DNA of 64,000 bases from an uncultured Chloroflexia bacterium (GTDB taxonomy: Bacteria > Chloroflexota > UBA6077 > JACCZL01). The position numbers were made by a program, and so were the translations under genes. Positions 19,992 to 31,484 of the stretch are shown one piece after another (the first letter of the stretch is position 1; the number at the start of each line of letters is the position of its first letter). A model generated the notes under the pieces. The model was not told where the DNA came from. It saw only the letters and a list, made by a program, of their open reading frames with translations, and did no database searches. The DNA lies in assembly GCA_963765765.1 (NCBI GenBank), contig CAVXYC010000019.1:1-64000 (forward strand). The letters are read 5' to 3'.

Positions 19992-20825
19992 TCACTTCGT
20001 GAGAGTCACACCACCATCCACCACGATGTTGGCACCGGTGACGTATTGCGCCAGGTCGGAGGCGAGGAAGAGCACGGGGCCAACATAGTCGTCCAGGACT
20101 CCGCGACGGCCCATGGGTGTCCCGGGAGCATCGTAGATGTCCCGGCCTGACGGTTCGGGACGTGTGCCAGGGGCGTCGGCTGTTGTGCGGAGCGCGGTGG
20201 GCGTCTGACCCGGACTGATGGAGTTCACGGTGATGCCGTCAGCGCTGAGCTCGCCGGCCAGGTAGCGCGTCAGGTGATTGACGGCCGCTTTGCTCGATCC
20301 ATAGATGGCGCGTCCAGTAAATACGCGATGCGCCACGATGGAGCTCAAGTTGATGATGCGGCCCGCTGCCCTGCGCTCGCATTGGCACGGCGGCGGCCTT
20401 GGCCATGAGCGTCATACCTTTCACATTCGCGCCGAACATGGCGTCGATCTCTTCCGCGGTGATCGTTTCTAGCCTGTCCTCCGCCTCCTTGCGCGGCGCT
20501 TTGCACCAGCACATCGAGTCGACCGAAACGATCGAGCAATTGCTGCACCGCCGATCGTGTTTGTTCTTCATTGGTAATGTCGGCCGCGATTCCAAGCACT
20601 CGATCGCTGTTCCCCAGCGCCTCCACGACCTCACTCACGCGAGCCTGAGATCGAGAAAGCACCGCCACGCTGGCGCCAAGGATGAGAAACGCCTCGGCAA
20701 ATCGGACGCCCAACGCGCCCGTGCCGCCCGTGATGAGCACCACGGTCCCCGGCCCGATCCCGGGTAGTGCTACGGTAGTCCAGTCGATTTGAAGCTGGTC
20801 CGCTGTTTTCTCTTGCTGCTGACAT
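19992..20825 (-). CDS. SDR family oxidoreductase (several frameshifts)
   Basis: TGGTGALG, YGSSK, VNSISPG, VTGANIVVDGG. Confidence 0.85.
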
Positions 20826-20898
20826 GGGGAGTTCCTCAGTAGATGGGGTGCAGCGCGGATCGTACACCGACCCTACCCTCGGGAGGGAGATGAGACAT

Positions 20899-21681
20899 AT
20901 GGGCACATTCGTTCAAATGGAGCATTCGAATGGAGTCGCCGCGGTCACGCTGAATCGCCCAGAAGCGGCGAACTCGATTAGTCTTGATGTTGCTCGCGAG
21001 CTGCACGACGCGGTCAACGAGCTCCGTGATGCGTCGGTCCGAGCGGTGCTGATCACAGGCGTGGGTAAAGTGTTTTGCACCGGCGGCGACCTAAAAGAGT
21101 TCAGCGCTCAGGGCGATCACATCACGACCCACCTGGAAGAGACTGCGGGTGCGCTCCACGCCGCGGTTCTCACTCTCAATCAGCTCAATGCGCCCGTGGT
21201 CGCCGCGGTCAATGGAGTGGCAGCAGGAGCCGGAATGAGCCTGGCATGCGCTTGCGATCTCGTCCTTGCAGCGGAATCGGCACGCTTCACCATGGCTTAC
21301 ACGCGAGTAGGCTTGTCCCCTGATGGCTCGGGCACGTGGTTCATTCCGAGACTCATCGGCCAGAGGCGGTCGCTCGAGCTAGCCATCACCAACCGCGTAC
21401 TCACTGCGAACGAGGCGCTGGAATGGGGCCTGATCACGCGTGTCGTTCCGGATGATGCTCTTCGCTTAGAAGCGGACGCTCTTGCACGTGAGCTCGCCGG
21501 TGGGCCGACGCTAGCATTCGCATCCGCACGACAGCTCATGAGCCATTCCTGGTCACGCTCACTCGCCGAACAGCTCGACTATGAGACCGAGGCAATTGCC
21601 CGGCTGGGTGCGCAGCACGATGGGCAGGAGGGCATGCGGGCGTTTCTCGAGAAGCGGCCGGCTAGGTTTGAAGGAAAGTAG
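20899..21681 (+). CDS. Enoyl-CoA hydratase/isomerase (PaaG-like)
   Basis: LNRPEAAN, FCTGGDL, VNGVAAGAG, GLSPDGSG, AFLEKRPARF. Confidence 0.88.
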   Translation: MGTFVQMEHSNGVAAVTLNRPEAANSISLDVARELHDAVNELRDASVRAVLITGVGKVFCTGGDLKEFSAQGDHITTHLEETAGALHAAVLTLNQLNAPVVAAVNGVAAGAGMSLACACDLVLAAESARFTMAYTRVGLSPDGSGTWFIPRLIGQRRSLELAITNRVLTANEALEWGLITRVVPDDALRLEADALARELAGGPTLAFASARQLMSHSWSRSLAEQLDYETEAIARLGAQHDGQEGMRAFLEKRPARFEGK

Positions 21682-21693
21682 CCACCTTCACGG

Positions 21694-21803
21694 CGCGTGA
21701 GCGCTTTGGAGTGCGCGGAGCGCCGCTTTCTCGATATCCCAACCGGCGATAAGGAATGCTAGAAAGCGGCGCTCCGCACGCCGCACTCCAAAGCGCTTAC
21801 GCG
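21694..21803. repeat. TTTGGAGTGCG-type palindromic repeat doublet
   Basis: GCGCTTTGGAGTGCG..GGAGCGCCGCTTTCT / AGAAAGCGGCGCTCC..CGCACTCCAAAGCGC; contains the stop codon of the convergent gene; related to 38397-38495. Confidence 0.7.
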
Positions 21804-22886
21804 CTCGATAGTGCCGCGGCAATGCCTCGCAGCATGTCCTCGGTGTCGCGGAGGGTGTTGAACCGCGGCTGGGCGGCAGTGTGCGGCGTGAGGAAAACGT
21901 TGGGGAACGAGAGGAGCGGATCGTCCGGGTGGCCAGGCTCCTCATAGAGCGGGTCCAGGGCGAATCCGCCTAAATGACCCGAGCGCAGCGCTTCGAGCAG
22001 CGCATCACGATCGATGATCTCAGCGCGAGAGACGTTGATCAGGAACGCGCCGGGCTTCATCTTCGCCAGATGCTTTCGATCAACAAACCCGCGGGTATCG
22101 CTGTTCAGAGGAAGCTGCACGCACACCCAGTCGCTCTCTGCAATCAGCTCGTCGAGCGATGAATACTGCACCTGCAGCCGAGCCTCGTCTTCGGCCGAGA
22201 GTGGATTGCGCTGGTAGTAGCGTACGGTCATGCCGAAGGGTCCGATCCGCAATGCCAGCTCCTGGCCAATCTCGCCCATGCCGATGACGCCCAGGCTAGA
22301 TTCGTACAACGTGCTGAGCCCGCTGACGCGCGGCCAACCGGACATGGCCGTGTGGCGACGATCGAACGTTCCCGGCTCGATAGCCCTGCGCTTCGAGCTG
22401 CTCCATGCTGATGAGCCCGCCGATCTGGTGAAACTTCCTCGCCAGAGTGAGCATCATGCCCACGGTGTGCTCTGCACACGAGATGTTGGCGCGGCGACGT
22501 TGTGTGAGAACGCGCACCTTGTGTTCGGCGCATGCGCTCAGGTCGACGTTTTTGGGTAGCGCGCCAAATTTCTGCACGACTTTGAGATCGGGAGCTGCAC
22601 GCAGGTCATCACTGCCTACGTTTAGCGACTCGACTATCAGCACATCGGCGTCAGGCAATGCAGCGCGCATCTCGTCGGTGGAGTCCACAAGGCGCACTTC
22701 AGCGGGGTAGAGCGGCCCAGCGGCGTCGCGCATCCGATCGAGCCAGCCATCGAAGTCGGGCAGGTCGTGCGAAAAGAAGTAGGCGAAGGCATTGTGCCGC
22801 TCATCCGTTGTCCGCTCGTCAAGAATGACCTGGAACATGCGCAGGAACGGATCGTTTTCCGCAACCAGAATCAACGGCTGGCTCAC
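21797..22886 (-). CDS. D-isomer-specific 2-hydroxyacid dehydrogenase (frameshift near 22375)
   Basis: GMGEIG, MKPGAFLINVSR, LDPLYEEP, LTPHTAA. Confidence 0.85.
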
Positions 22887-23410
22887 AATTCGGGATCCAC
22901 CTTCAGGGCAGCCAGCACACGCGTGTGCATGTTGTAGGTGCCGACGAGCACGGTGAGCTCCACGATCTGCCGCTCGCTGTAATAGCGACTCAGCCCCGCG
23001 AACACCACGTCGGGTACGTGGACGTCACGCGTCATTGCGTCGATGTAAGCAAGCGCCGCGCGTTCAGCCTGGCTGAATGCGTCCGAGTCCTGCCACTCTT
23101 TGATCGAATCGCACTGCGCCTGAGTCATGCCGTCCTGCAGCGCGTATCTCGCCAGGTGCGTATCCACGACATACGGAACGTCGTTCAGAATACCCACCCG
23201 AAGAATCGCGATCTCGCGAATGACGCCGCTCAGCTCGGTCTTCCAGCGGACGGCGCCAATGTGCTCGAACCACGACGTGGCGACGTCCGGGCTGTGGAGC
23301 AGCATGCGATAGGGATTGAGCAGTCGCCCATCGCGACCGCCGCGGATGCGGTCGATCAGCCCAGCAAGCTCTGGGTGATCCTGCTCCTGAATGTACGAAA
23401 CGCGCGCCAT
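22883..23410 (-). CDS. Carboxymuconolactone decarboxylase/AhpD-like family protein
   Basis: LLHSP, IREIAILRVG, AERAALAY, QIVELTVLVGTYN. Confidence 0.8.
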   Translation of the reverse strand: MARVSYIQEQDHPELAGLIDRIRGGRDGRLLNPYRMLLHSPDVATSWFEHIGAVRWKTELSGVIREIAILRVGILNDVPYVVDTHLARYALQDGMTQAQCDSIKEWQDSDAFSQAERAALAYIDAMTRDVHVPDVVFAGLSRYYSERQIVELTVLVGTYNMHTRVLAALKVDPEL

Positions 23411-23506
23411 TGCGATCATCCTTTCGAGCAATTGCGGCACATGCCAGTGACACGGTGCTGCGTTCAGCGAGCCCAACTGCCGCGCACAACGCTCCGTGAC
23501 CAACCC

Positions 23507-23593
23507 AAAGGGACCGAGAGGACAACACGGACGCAAGGGACACGTTTTGTGCTTATGTGTCCCTTGCGTCCGCGTTGTCCTCTCGGTCCCTTT
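23507..23593. repeat. Inverted repeat built of GGAC-containing subunits
   Basis: AAAGGGACCGAGAGGACAACACGGACGCAAGGGACAC / GTGTCCCTTGCGTCCGCGTTGTCCTCTCGGTCCCTTT (1 mismatch). Confidence 0.7.
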
Positions 23594-23607
23594 CTGAGCT
23601 CCCTACC

Positions 23608-25393
23608 TCAACTATCCAAACCCGGTAGCTCGACCGGCGCCGGAACTTCCACCGCGATGACGGCGGGCTGGTTGTTACGCACCGCCTGCAAGCCGCGTTC
23701 GAGCGCCGGGCCAAGCTGCGACAGCTCGGTGACGCGCTCGCCATAGCCGCTGACCACGTCCGCCAACTTCTCGAACTTCGGCGCAGGGTCGAATCGACCA
23801 CCGATATAGCCGGCTGCCGTAGCGTTGCCGTCCGGATAGAGTCGATCCAGACCGGTTGTGCCAGTGCTATACGTGTTATTGGCAAACACCACCGAAAGGT
23901 ACGCGGCCTTGTGGAAATTGGCCGCCCACAGTGCCGGCATCGGCGACCCAAACGTGTAGTAGCCGTCGCCTGACAGGAGCACGACATCCTGGTCCGGCCG
24001 TGCCAGTTTGACGCCGAAGGCCGCTCCGCTTCCCCAGCCGCCGGAGCTGCTCCCACTGCGGAAATAGGTGCCCAGCTTGTTGCGTCGCGCGTAGGTCTGC
24101 ACGAAGCCGCCGTTGCTCAGGCCGTCGTTCAGGATGATCGCGTCCTGGTCCAGCAGCTTCGCCAGCTCGTATCCGACCACTCGACCGTTGAGCTTTCCCG
24201 CGGCCAGGTCGCGCTCCGCCAGCTCCTGGTCGCGCTGGTCGATCTCACGCTTGCGATTCTGTAGCCGCTCACGTCGATCGGCGATCCGCGAAAGGTCGGT
24301 GTTGGTGAGCATGCTGGTCGCCGCTTCGTACACCGCGTTGGCCACGGCAGCCGAGCTGGCCGGGATCCACAGGTCGGCACGGTACTCGATGGTCTTGAAT
24401 CGCGAGAGTACTGGATCGATAGAGATCCAGGCGATCTTTGCGTCACGACTCGGTGAGCCTCGGCCCGGCGAATACGGCGAGAGGTGCTCAAAAATGAGCA
24501 GCACGTCCGCGTCCTTTGGATCCGGCCCAGTACCGTAGAATGGGCTGTCCATCGGAAAGTTCATGCGGTCCGCGCCAGTGTCTTCCATATAGGGAATCGC
24601 CAGCAGCTCTGCCAGGCGCACCAGTGCCTCAACAGCCTCAGGCTCGTGCGCGACCTTGTTGGCATAGATGCACGGGTTCTCAGACTTCACAAGCCACTCG
24701 GCCATCGTGCGAGCGTCTTCAGGGCTCGGCCACACGGGACGTGCCAGGCCTAGCTCGTCGCGCTTCGGAAAGCGGGCCGTGCCGGGCATGGGCAACATGG
24801 CCGTTTCTTGCGGAACCGCCATGTAGACGGGGCCACGCGGCTCACTCATGGCTACCTGCAAGAAGCCGGCTGACAATCAGACCAGGGTTGTCCTGGTGCT
24901 CCAGGCGGTGATCGATCTTGGTGTACTGACGAACGATCTCGCCCTGATCGCGCGGCTCCTGAATCCACTGGATGCCGGCGGCTTCGCGGCTGCCGCGCAT
25001 CGAGCCCGGAAATGCTCGCGGCCCGGTGCCGGCCATCATGAGCACTGGATAGTTGCCGCGCCAGGCGGTGTGAATTGCCGCGCCGTAGTGCAACGTGCCC
25101 ACGTCCACGTGGACGCAGGTTGCTGCGGGCGCATTACGGATCATGGTATTGCCCAGCGCGGCGTTGAGCGTCACGCTCTCGTGCATCATCGTGATCATGC
25201 GTGGCGCCGGCCAACCGCGCGCTTCGGCCTTGGCTATCGCTTCCTGGAAGAACACCAGCTCCGACCCGGAGACGAAGAACAGATTGTCCACGCCTCCCAG
25301 CTTCATGGCGGCTACCAGCGCGTCCGACCATTCGTCCGCGCCGTACTCGCCCCACCAGGACTCGACGCCGCGGACGTTTGTTTCTACAGCCAT
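23608..25393 (-). CDS. Thiamine diphosphate-dependent enzyme (acetolactate synthase/benzoylformate decarboxylase superfamily); frameshift near 24860
   Basis: MMHES catalytic Glu, SEPRGPVY, ThDP motif GDG...NN (SGDGYY...FANN). Confidence 0.85.
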
Positions 25394-25406
25394 AAAGAAC
25401 TCCTTT

Positions 25407-25492
25407 TAGGGGTTAGGGACTAGGGATAAGAGGGTAAGGATCAAGGACACCGATGCTTAGCCTAATCCTTAGTCCCTGATCCCTAGCCCCTA
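25407..25492. repeat. Degenerate heptamer (TAGGGNN) inverted array
   Basis: TAGGGGTTAGGGACTAGGGATAAG ... CCTTAGTCCCTGATCCCTAGCCCCTA. Confidence 0.6.
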
Positions 25493-26617
25493 AATGCCGT
25501 ACAGCTTCTTTGCGTTGTCGCGCAGAATGCGGCGCTTTGCGTCTTCTGGTAGCCCGGCTGTTTCCGCTTCCACGATGCTCTGCGAGTCCGGCCAGGTGCT
25601 ATCCGGGTGCGGGTAGTCGGATGCCCACATCATCTTGTCCTCGCCGAAGAAGTCCCTGAGCGCCAGACCCACGCGGTCCTGCTGGTACGTTGCCCAGACC
25701 TGCTCACGGAAGATCTCGCTGGGCATGCGTTTCAGCGGGAACTCATCACGCGACTTGGTCTCCAGTTGGCGGTTGACGCGGTAGTCCATCTCCTGGACCA
25801 CGTACGGAATCCAGCCAGTACCGGATTCGCCCAGGACGAACTTCAGTCTGGGATGTTTTTCCAGAATGCCGTAGGTGAACAGGCCAACGAATGGCTCGAA
25901 GAACTGCGTTGAACCGTTGCCCAGACCCATGGCGAAGGCGGCTGGCCGCGTGAGCTTTGGTCCGCGGTCGGGCTCGAAGGAGCCCGACTGGGTGACACCA
26001 CCGACGTGATAGGAGACGATCATCCCGGTCTCCTCGGCGGCCGCCCAGAACGGGTCCCACTCCTCCTGGTACATGTACGGTGTAACCGTACCCACCAGGA
26101 AATTGACCTGTTTGAGGCCGTTCTTCCGTGCCCTGATGAGCTCTCGCGTCGATGCCTCGGCATCATCCGGGAAGAGCTGCGCGACGCAAATGAGCTGATT
26201 GGGCGCGGCGCTCACGAGCTCCGAGGCCCAGTCGTTGTACGCGCTGATCATCGCTGAGGCGAGCTCTTTGTCCAGCGTGCGCATGCCGAAGATCGGCGGA
26301 AACAGCACGGACGCTTCCACTCCGTCGCGAGCCATATCCTGGATGCGCAGCTCAGGCGTGATCGGCCGTCGGGACGGATTCTCTTCGAATGGCACGCGGT
26401 CCAGGGCTACACGATGCCGTCTCGGGTCGTTGAACCAGTTACCAAGACGCCATTCGCTCCAGACTCGATCGTCGCAGATCCAGAGCTCCCGTCCATCGCG
26501 CTCTTCAACGTGCGGTCCGCGCTCGCGGAACTGACTCGGAAGCCGCTCAGTCCACAGGTCGCCCGGCAAGTAGCCTAGATCGATGTGATCGTCGGCCGAG
26601 ATCATCATCTCGCTCAT
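25490..26617 (-). CDS. Amidohydrolase_2 family protein
   Basis: ISADDH, AYNDW, SYHVGG, ESGTGW, WASDYPHPDSTWP. Confidence 0.88.
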   Translation of the reverse strand: MSEMMISADDHIDLGYLPGDLWTERLPSQFRERGPHVEERDGRELWICDDRVWSEWRLGNWFNDPRRHRVALDRVPFEENPSRRPITPELRIQDMARDGVEASVLFPPIFGMRTLDKELASAMISAYNDWASELVSAAPNQLICVAQLFPDDAEASTRELIRARKNGLKQVNFLVGTVTPYMYQEEWDPFWAAAEETGMIVSYHVGGVTQSGSFEPDRGPKLTRPAAFAMGLGNGSTQFFEPFVGLFTYGILEKHPRLKFVLGESGTGWIPYVVQEMDYRVNRQLETKSRDEFPLKRMPSEIFREQVWATYQQDRVGLALRDFFGEDKMMWASDYPHPDSTWPDSQSIVEAETAGLPEDAKRRILRDNAKKLYGI

Positions 26618-26752
26618 GCCCGATCCTCCGGCCGCGGAATCCATCCGCGGTGATTCCGGGCAGAATACTTCACACCGGCCGGGAGCACCAGCATCTCGGA
26701 CGCAACTTTGTAGATCGGGACGCCAGTGCTGCGGACATGCGCTGATGATTCC

Positions 26753-26781
26753 TTGACGGTTCTCCGGGTACTCGCTACTGT
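26753..26781 (+). promoter_or_regulatory. Sigma70-type promoter
   Basis: TTGACG-17 bp-TACTGT upstream of the amidohydrolase-SBP unit. Confidence 0.5.
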
Positions 26782-26828
26782 GGACTCCCGTAGCCCTGGC
26801 GCGTGGAGACGCGGCTGGAGGAGAAGCC

Positions 26829-27893
26829 ATGCGAGATGGATTCATTGTCATCGACGCGGATGGCCACGCTCTGGATCTCGAGTCGATGTACCGACAACGA
26901 CTTCCCGAGCAATACCGGCAGCGCATGAGTATCGGTGGCGGTGGCGATACATTCGATCGTCGCCAGAACGGCGCCATCCCGTTCCGTGCGACTTCCCTTG
27001 AGCGGAATTTGGAGGACAACGACCTCCAGGGCATTGACGTCCAGGTGCTCTATCCGACGGGCGGGCTGGGTCTCACGCACATTCGGGAGCACGATTACAG
27101 CATCGCCTTCGCACGGACCTACAACGACTGGCTCGCGGAGTACTGCGCTGGTGCCCCGAAACGCCTGAAGGGAGTGGCGATCACGCCGCTCCATGTGGAC
27201 GTGACCGAAGCTATTCGAGAACTCGAGCGCGCCGTTGAGAAACTCGACATGGTGGGCGTGATGGTCAATACCTTCATGCGCGGACGCAATGTGGCCCATC
27301 GAGATTTCTGGCCGTTTTACGAGGCCTGCGATCGAATGGGAGTGGCTGTTGGGTTCCACGCATCAGGCGGTGATGCGATGGATCCCGTGGCGCACTTTGA
27401 CAACCTGCTCGCTATGCACACGTTCTCCCATGCCCCTGAGCAGCTTCTTGCCTGTACCGCGGTCATGTATTCGGGCCTGCTCGAGAAGTACCAGAACTTG
27501 CGCGTCGCATTCCTCGAAGCTGGCGCTGGCTGGGTGCCCTTCTGGATGGAGCACATGGACGGCGAATGGTCCAAACGCAAGTTCGACGCGCCGCTCCTCA
27601 AGGACTACCCGTCGGAGTACATGAAATCCGGGCGGGTCTTCGTCTCCTGCGAGCCTGAAGAAAAGACGCTCCCGTACGTCGCCGAGTGGATCGGTGCCGA
27701 TAACCTGCTCTATCCCTCGGATTACCCGCATTGGGACGGCGCGTTCCCAGAGTCGGCGGAGGAGCTCTCCGAGCGCGACGACGTGTCTGACGAACTCAAG
27801 CGCAAGATTTTCTTCGATAACCCCCAACGGCTCTACGGCTTCAACGTGGACCCGGCCAATTTCCGGGCACCAGCCGAGACGGCGCACGCGTGA
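26829..27893 (+). CDS. Amidohydrolase_2 family protein
   Basis: IDADGH, YNDWL, GFHASG, FLEAGAGW, SDYPHWD. Confidence 0.88.
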   Translation: MRDGFIVIDADGHALDLESMYRQRLPEQYRQRMSIGGGGDTFDRRQNGAIPFRATSLERNLEDNDLQGIDVQVLYPTGGLGLTHIREHDYSIAFARTYNDWLAEYCAGAPKRLKGVAITPLHVDVTEAIRELERAVEKLDMVGVMVNTFMRGRNVAHRDFWPFYEACDRMGVAVGFHASGGDAMDPVAHFDNLLAMHTFSHAPEQLLACTAVMYSGLLEKYQNLRVAFLEAGAGWVPFWMEHMDGEWSKRKFDAPLLKDYPSEYMKSGRVFVSCEPEEKTLPYVAEWIGADNLLYPSDYPHWDGAFPESAEELSERDDVSDELKRKIFFDNPQRLYGFNVDPANFRAPAETAHA

Positions 27894-27954
27894 ACGCTGC
27901 GAGAGCTCGCCGCCGTGCGCGCCCTCGCCACCGAGCTCCGTGAAGGAGGACACC

Positions 27955-29619
27955 ATGTACGAGCGATCCGCAGCAGCGCGGTGTGCCCGCCTCGCCGGGC
28001 TTGTCTGGCCGCTGGTGCTCGTATCCGCCTGCGCTGGAGTGGCTCCGTCTACCCCGCAGGCAACGAAGTCATCCGAGCCGAGCGTTACCCGGATCGTGAT
28101 CGCGATCGAGCCGCCAGCCATCGAGGCGAACAATCCCCGTCAGATCTGCTGCAATGATCACCACCAGCTTCGACCAGTCTACGAGAACCTCATTGGCATG
28201 GACCCGACGACGGGCAAGCTCATTCCCCAGCTTGCGACCGAGTGGGCGATCGAGCCCGATGGCCGGTCGGTCCGATTCAAACTCCGCCGCGGGGTGAAGT
28301 TTCACGGTGACAAGTGGGGTGAGTTCTCCGGCCGAGATGTCGTCCATACATGGCAGACTCTGACCGAAAACCAGGACAGCCATACGCGCGGGCCGTGGTG
28401 GAAACAGATAGTCCAGGGCATCGACGTGGTGAACGATCATGAGATTGTCTTCCGCCTCGTTCCGGAGGCCACGTTCTTCAACGCGGCCTCCGAGCTGTAC
28501 GGCCAGCTCCTGATCCGCAGCAAAGCACAGTTCGACGCCGAAGGCGACACCACCACCCTCGATCGCCCGGCTCCCGCGGGTACCGGCCCTTATCAATACA
28601 AGGAGCGAGTGCCGGGGACCTCCATTGTGCTGGAGCGGGTCCCCTACCAGCACTGGCGAGTCAACGGCGACTTCCCAGAGGTCGAGCTCCGTTGGATTAG
28701 GGAGCCATCGAGCCGGCTGGCCGCCCTGCTGGCCGGCGAGGTGCACATCACCAAGCTTCCATCAGACCTCATCCCGCAGGCAGAGAGTCGTGGGATGAAC
28801 GTGATTCGCAGCCAGGTGCCGGGCACGAGAGTGTTCGGATCTTGGTGGTGCTGCTGGATGGACCAGAACGGCAGTTGGCCAACCAATCCAGAAAGCCCGC
28901 TCCTGGACGTTCGGGTGCGGCGGGCGCTCAACGTGGCGCTTGACCGCGAGGAGCTCCGCAAGGCGTTCGTGCCGGTGGGCGAGTCCATGGTGCTGAACCA
29001 TTTCCATCCGCGCATGTCAGCTTGGGACTCGTCGTGGGAACAGCGATTTACCGACCAATATGGCCACGATCCCGCGAAGGCGCGGGCGTTGTTGAGTGAG
29101 GCGGGGTACGGATCCGAGCGCCCGCTCAAGATCGACGTTCACCTTGGCAACATCTTGCAGGTCGCCACCGCCAATGACCTGGCCGAGGGCATCGCCAACC
29201 AGTGGCGGAAGGTCGGTGTGGATGCCACCTTGCAGCAGGTGGATCCGACCACGGAGACGAACGTCCGTCGCGCCCTCAAGTACGACCGGAGCTTCAAGAT
29301 CACTGGCACGGCGGGCGATCAGCTCCAGGGGATCGGTGTGTACAACACATCGCTGACGAACCCGCCCGGCACGGGCTTCTTCACCCCAGAGATCGTGAAC
29401 AAGTTCAAGCAGATCTCCGGGGAGCTGGATGCGCCACAGCGGGAACCGCTCGTCCGCGAGATTGGCGAGATGGGTTTCAGCCAGTTCTGGGACGTGCCAT
29501 TGTGGTTCGTTCCCGTTGAGGCCATAGTCAATCCTAGCGTGGTCAGTGAGTGGGTGTTTCCAGGCTCGGTCCACAGCACCTGGACCCACACGGAAAACAT
29601 CAAGGCCGTTCGACAATGA
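27955..29619 (+). CDS. ABC substrate-binding lipoprotein, family 5 (peptide/nickel-type)
   Basis: Lipobox VSAC, PQLATEW, FKLRRGVKFH, GTGPY, DVRVRRALN. Confidence 0.85.
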   Translation: MYERSAAARCARLAGLVWPLVLVSACAGVAPSTPQATKSSEPSVTRIVIAIEPPAIEANNPRQICCNDHHQLRPVYENLIGMDPTTGKLIPQLATEWAIEPDGRSVRFKLRRGVKFHGDKWGEFSGRDVVHTWQTLTENQDSHTRGPWWKQIVQGIDVVNDHEIVFRLVPEATFFNAASELYGQLLIRSKAQFDAEGDTTTLDRPAPAGTGPYQYKERVPGTSIVLERVPYQHWRVNGDFPEVELRWIREPSSRLAALLAGEVHITKLPSDLIPQAESRGMNVIRSQVPGTRVFGSWWCCWMDQNGSWPTNPESPLLDVRVRRALNVALDREELRKAFVPVGESMVLNHFHPRMSAWDSSWEQRFTDQYGHDPAKARALLSEAGYGSERPLKIDVHLGNILQVATANDLAEGIANQWRKVGVDATLQQVDPTTETNVRRALKYDRSFKITGTAGDQLQGIGVYNTSLTNPPGTGFFTPEIVNKFKQISGELDAPQREPLVREIGEMGFSQFWDVPLWFVPVEAIVNPSVVSEWVFPGSVHSTWTHTENIKAVRQ

Positions 29620-29630
29620 GGAGGTCTACG

Positions 29631-31378
29631 ATGGCGGGGAGCTCTGCCGCGTTTCTGTTTCGCCCTACTGTAGGGCTGGTGATGTCCCTGGCGCTTCTGG
29701 CCGCCTGTGCGCCCGCCGCGCCCGCTCCAACGGCGACGGTGGCATCCAAAACTGAGAGCCCCGCCAAGCCCACCGCCGCTCAACCGGCAGCACAGCCAAC
29801 CGTTGCGGCGGCAGCCCCAGCCGCGGTAAAGCCCGCCGCTCAGCCCAAGGTCCAGCGACTGGTCATGGCGCTCGTTCGCCCCAAACCAGGAGAGCGCGGA
29901 GCTCCGAAACATGAGCTCGCCGGAGGTCTGGCCTTTCCGCTCGGTGTATGAATACCCGATCGCGGTGGATCCGCAGACGATGAAGTTCGTCCCTGGATTG
30001 GCCACTGAATGGAACCTGGAGCCGGACGGCATGTCGTATCGCTTCAAGGTCCGCAAAGGTGTTCAGTTCCATTACGGCTGGGGCGAGCTCACGGCGAAGG
30101 ACTTCGTCCACGTCTACGAGGACATCATCAAGCCGGACTCGCTTCACGGTCAGTCCAACTACTGGCGTACGGCTTTGAGGAGCATCGAGCTGGTGAACGA
30201 TCACGAGCTGATCTATCACCTGGCCAAACCCGACGGTCAATTCATCACGGCGATGTCCGAAAGCCAGGGTGGCATGGAGATCCGCAGCAAGGCGCACTAC
30301 GACTCCGTGCCTGAGAAGTCTATTCAGACCACCATCGCCGGTACGGGTCCGTACCAGGTGAAGGAGCGTGCCCAGGGACAATACGTCCGTCTGGAGCGTG
30401 TGCCGTTTCAACACTGGAAATCAATGCCCGATTTCCCGGAGTTTGAGTTCCGCTATCAGCGTGAGGCCTCCACTCGCCTTGCATCGCTGCTCAGCGGAGA
30501 GGCGCAGATAGCCGACTTGCCACAGGACTTGCTGGCTCAGGCTGAGAAACAGAACTTCAAAGTTCTCAAGGGAGTCTTCCCCGGAGTGCGTGTGTTTGGC
30601 TCCCTGCATTGCTGCGTGGTCCAGGATCTGAAGGATCAGTCCAAGGGATGGGCACATCCCGAGAGTCCGCTCATGGACATACGGGTACGGCAGGCACTCA
30701 ACATGGCCGTCAACAAGGACGAGCTCAACCGCGCGTTCTTCGCCGGCAAGGGCCAGCCCATGCACGTTAATCATTTCCTCCCCAGCCGGCCCGGGTGGAA
30801 TCCGGAGTGGGAGCGGAAATACAACGACGCTTACGGCTACAACCCTGAAAAGGCCAAGGCGCTGCTCGCTGAGGCGAAGCAATCGAATCTCAAGACCACG
30901 ATCTTCATTCAACCCGTGTCGGGTCTCTCTGGTGGAGAAGACCTAGCCGAAGCTATCGCGGGTTACTGGCGCGCCGTGGGCGTGGAGCCAGAGCTGAAGA
31001 ACATCGATGCCGTGGACCTCGCCACGCAGCTCCGCGCACTGAAGGTTCCCAACGGCATGACGCTGCGTGGGACTGGTTCCAACCAGTTCACTGGAATCAC
31101 GCAGTTCAACAGTGCAATCTCAACCGGCCGAGGTGGCGCTGAGGACATGGAGGTCAACCAGCTTCTGCTCGACATCACGAGTACGCTCGATGAGCAGAAA
31201 CAGGACGAGCTATGGCGGAAAGTTGGGGAGCGGCTATTCTCGCAGTACATCGGGGTCAACCTGTTCTGGTTACCGGCGGAGGCCGTTGCTGCGCCCGGGC
31301 ATCGTCTCAGACTGGCTTTATCCGGGTGCGCTGACGGGTACCTGGACGCATATCCACAACATCAAGGCGGCGCAATAG
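29631..31378 (+). CDS. ABC substrate-binding lipoprotein, family 5, paralog (frameshifts near 29900 and 31290)
   Basis: LAAC lipobox with Pro/Ala tether, PGLATEW, GTGPY, DIRVRQALN, C-terminal WTHIHNIKA. Confidence 0.82.
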
Positions 31379-31380
31379 AC

Positions 31381-31470
31381 GAGAGGTCGGAGGTCAGAGG
31401 CTAGCGGTCAAGGATTGGCTCTGATCACCACTGACTACCCTGGCCTTTAGCCTTTGACTTCTGACCTCTC
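31381..31470. repeat. Degenerate heptamer inverted array
   Basis: GAGAGGTCGGAGGTCAGAGGCTAG ... CTTTGACTTCTGACCTCTC. Confidence 0.55.
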
Positions 31471-31484
31471 GAGGGGAGACATGA

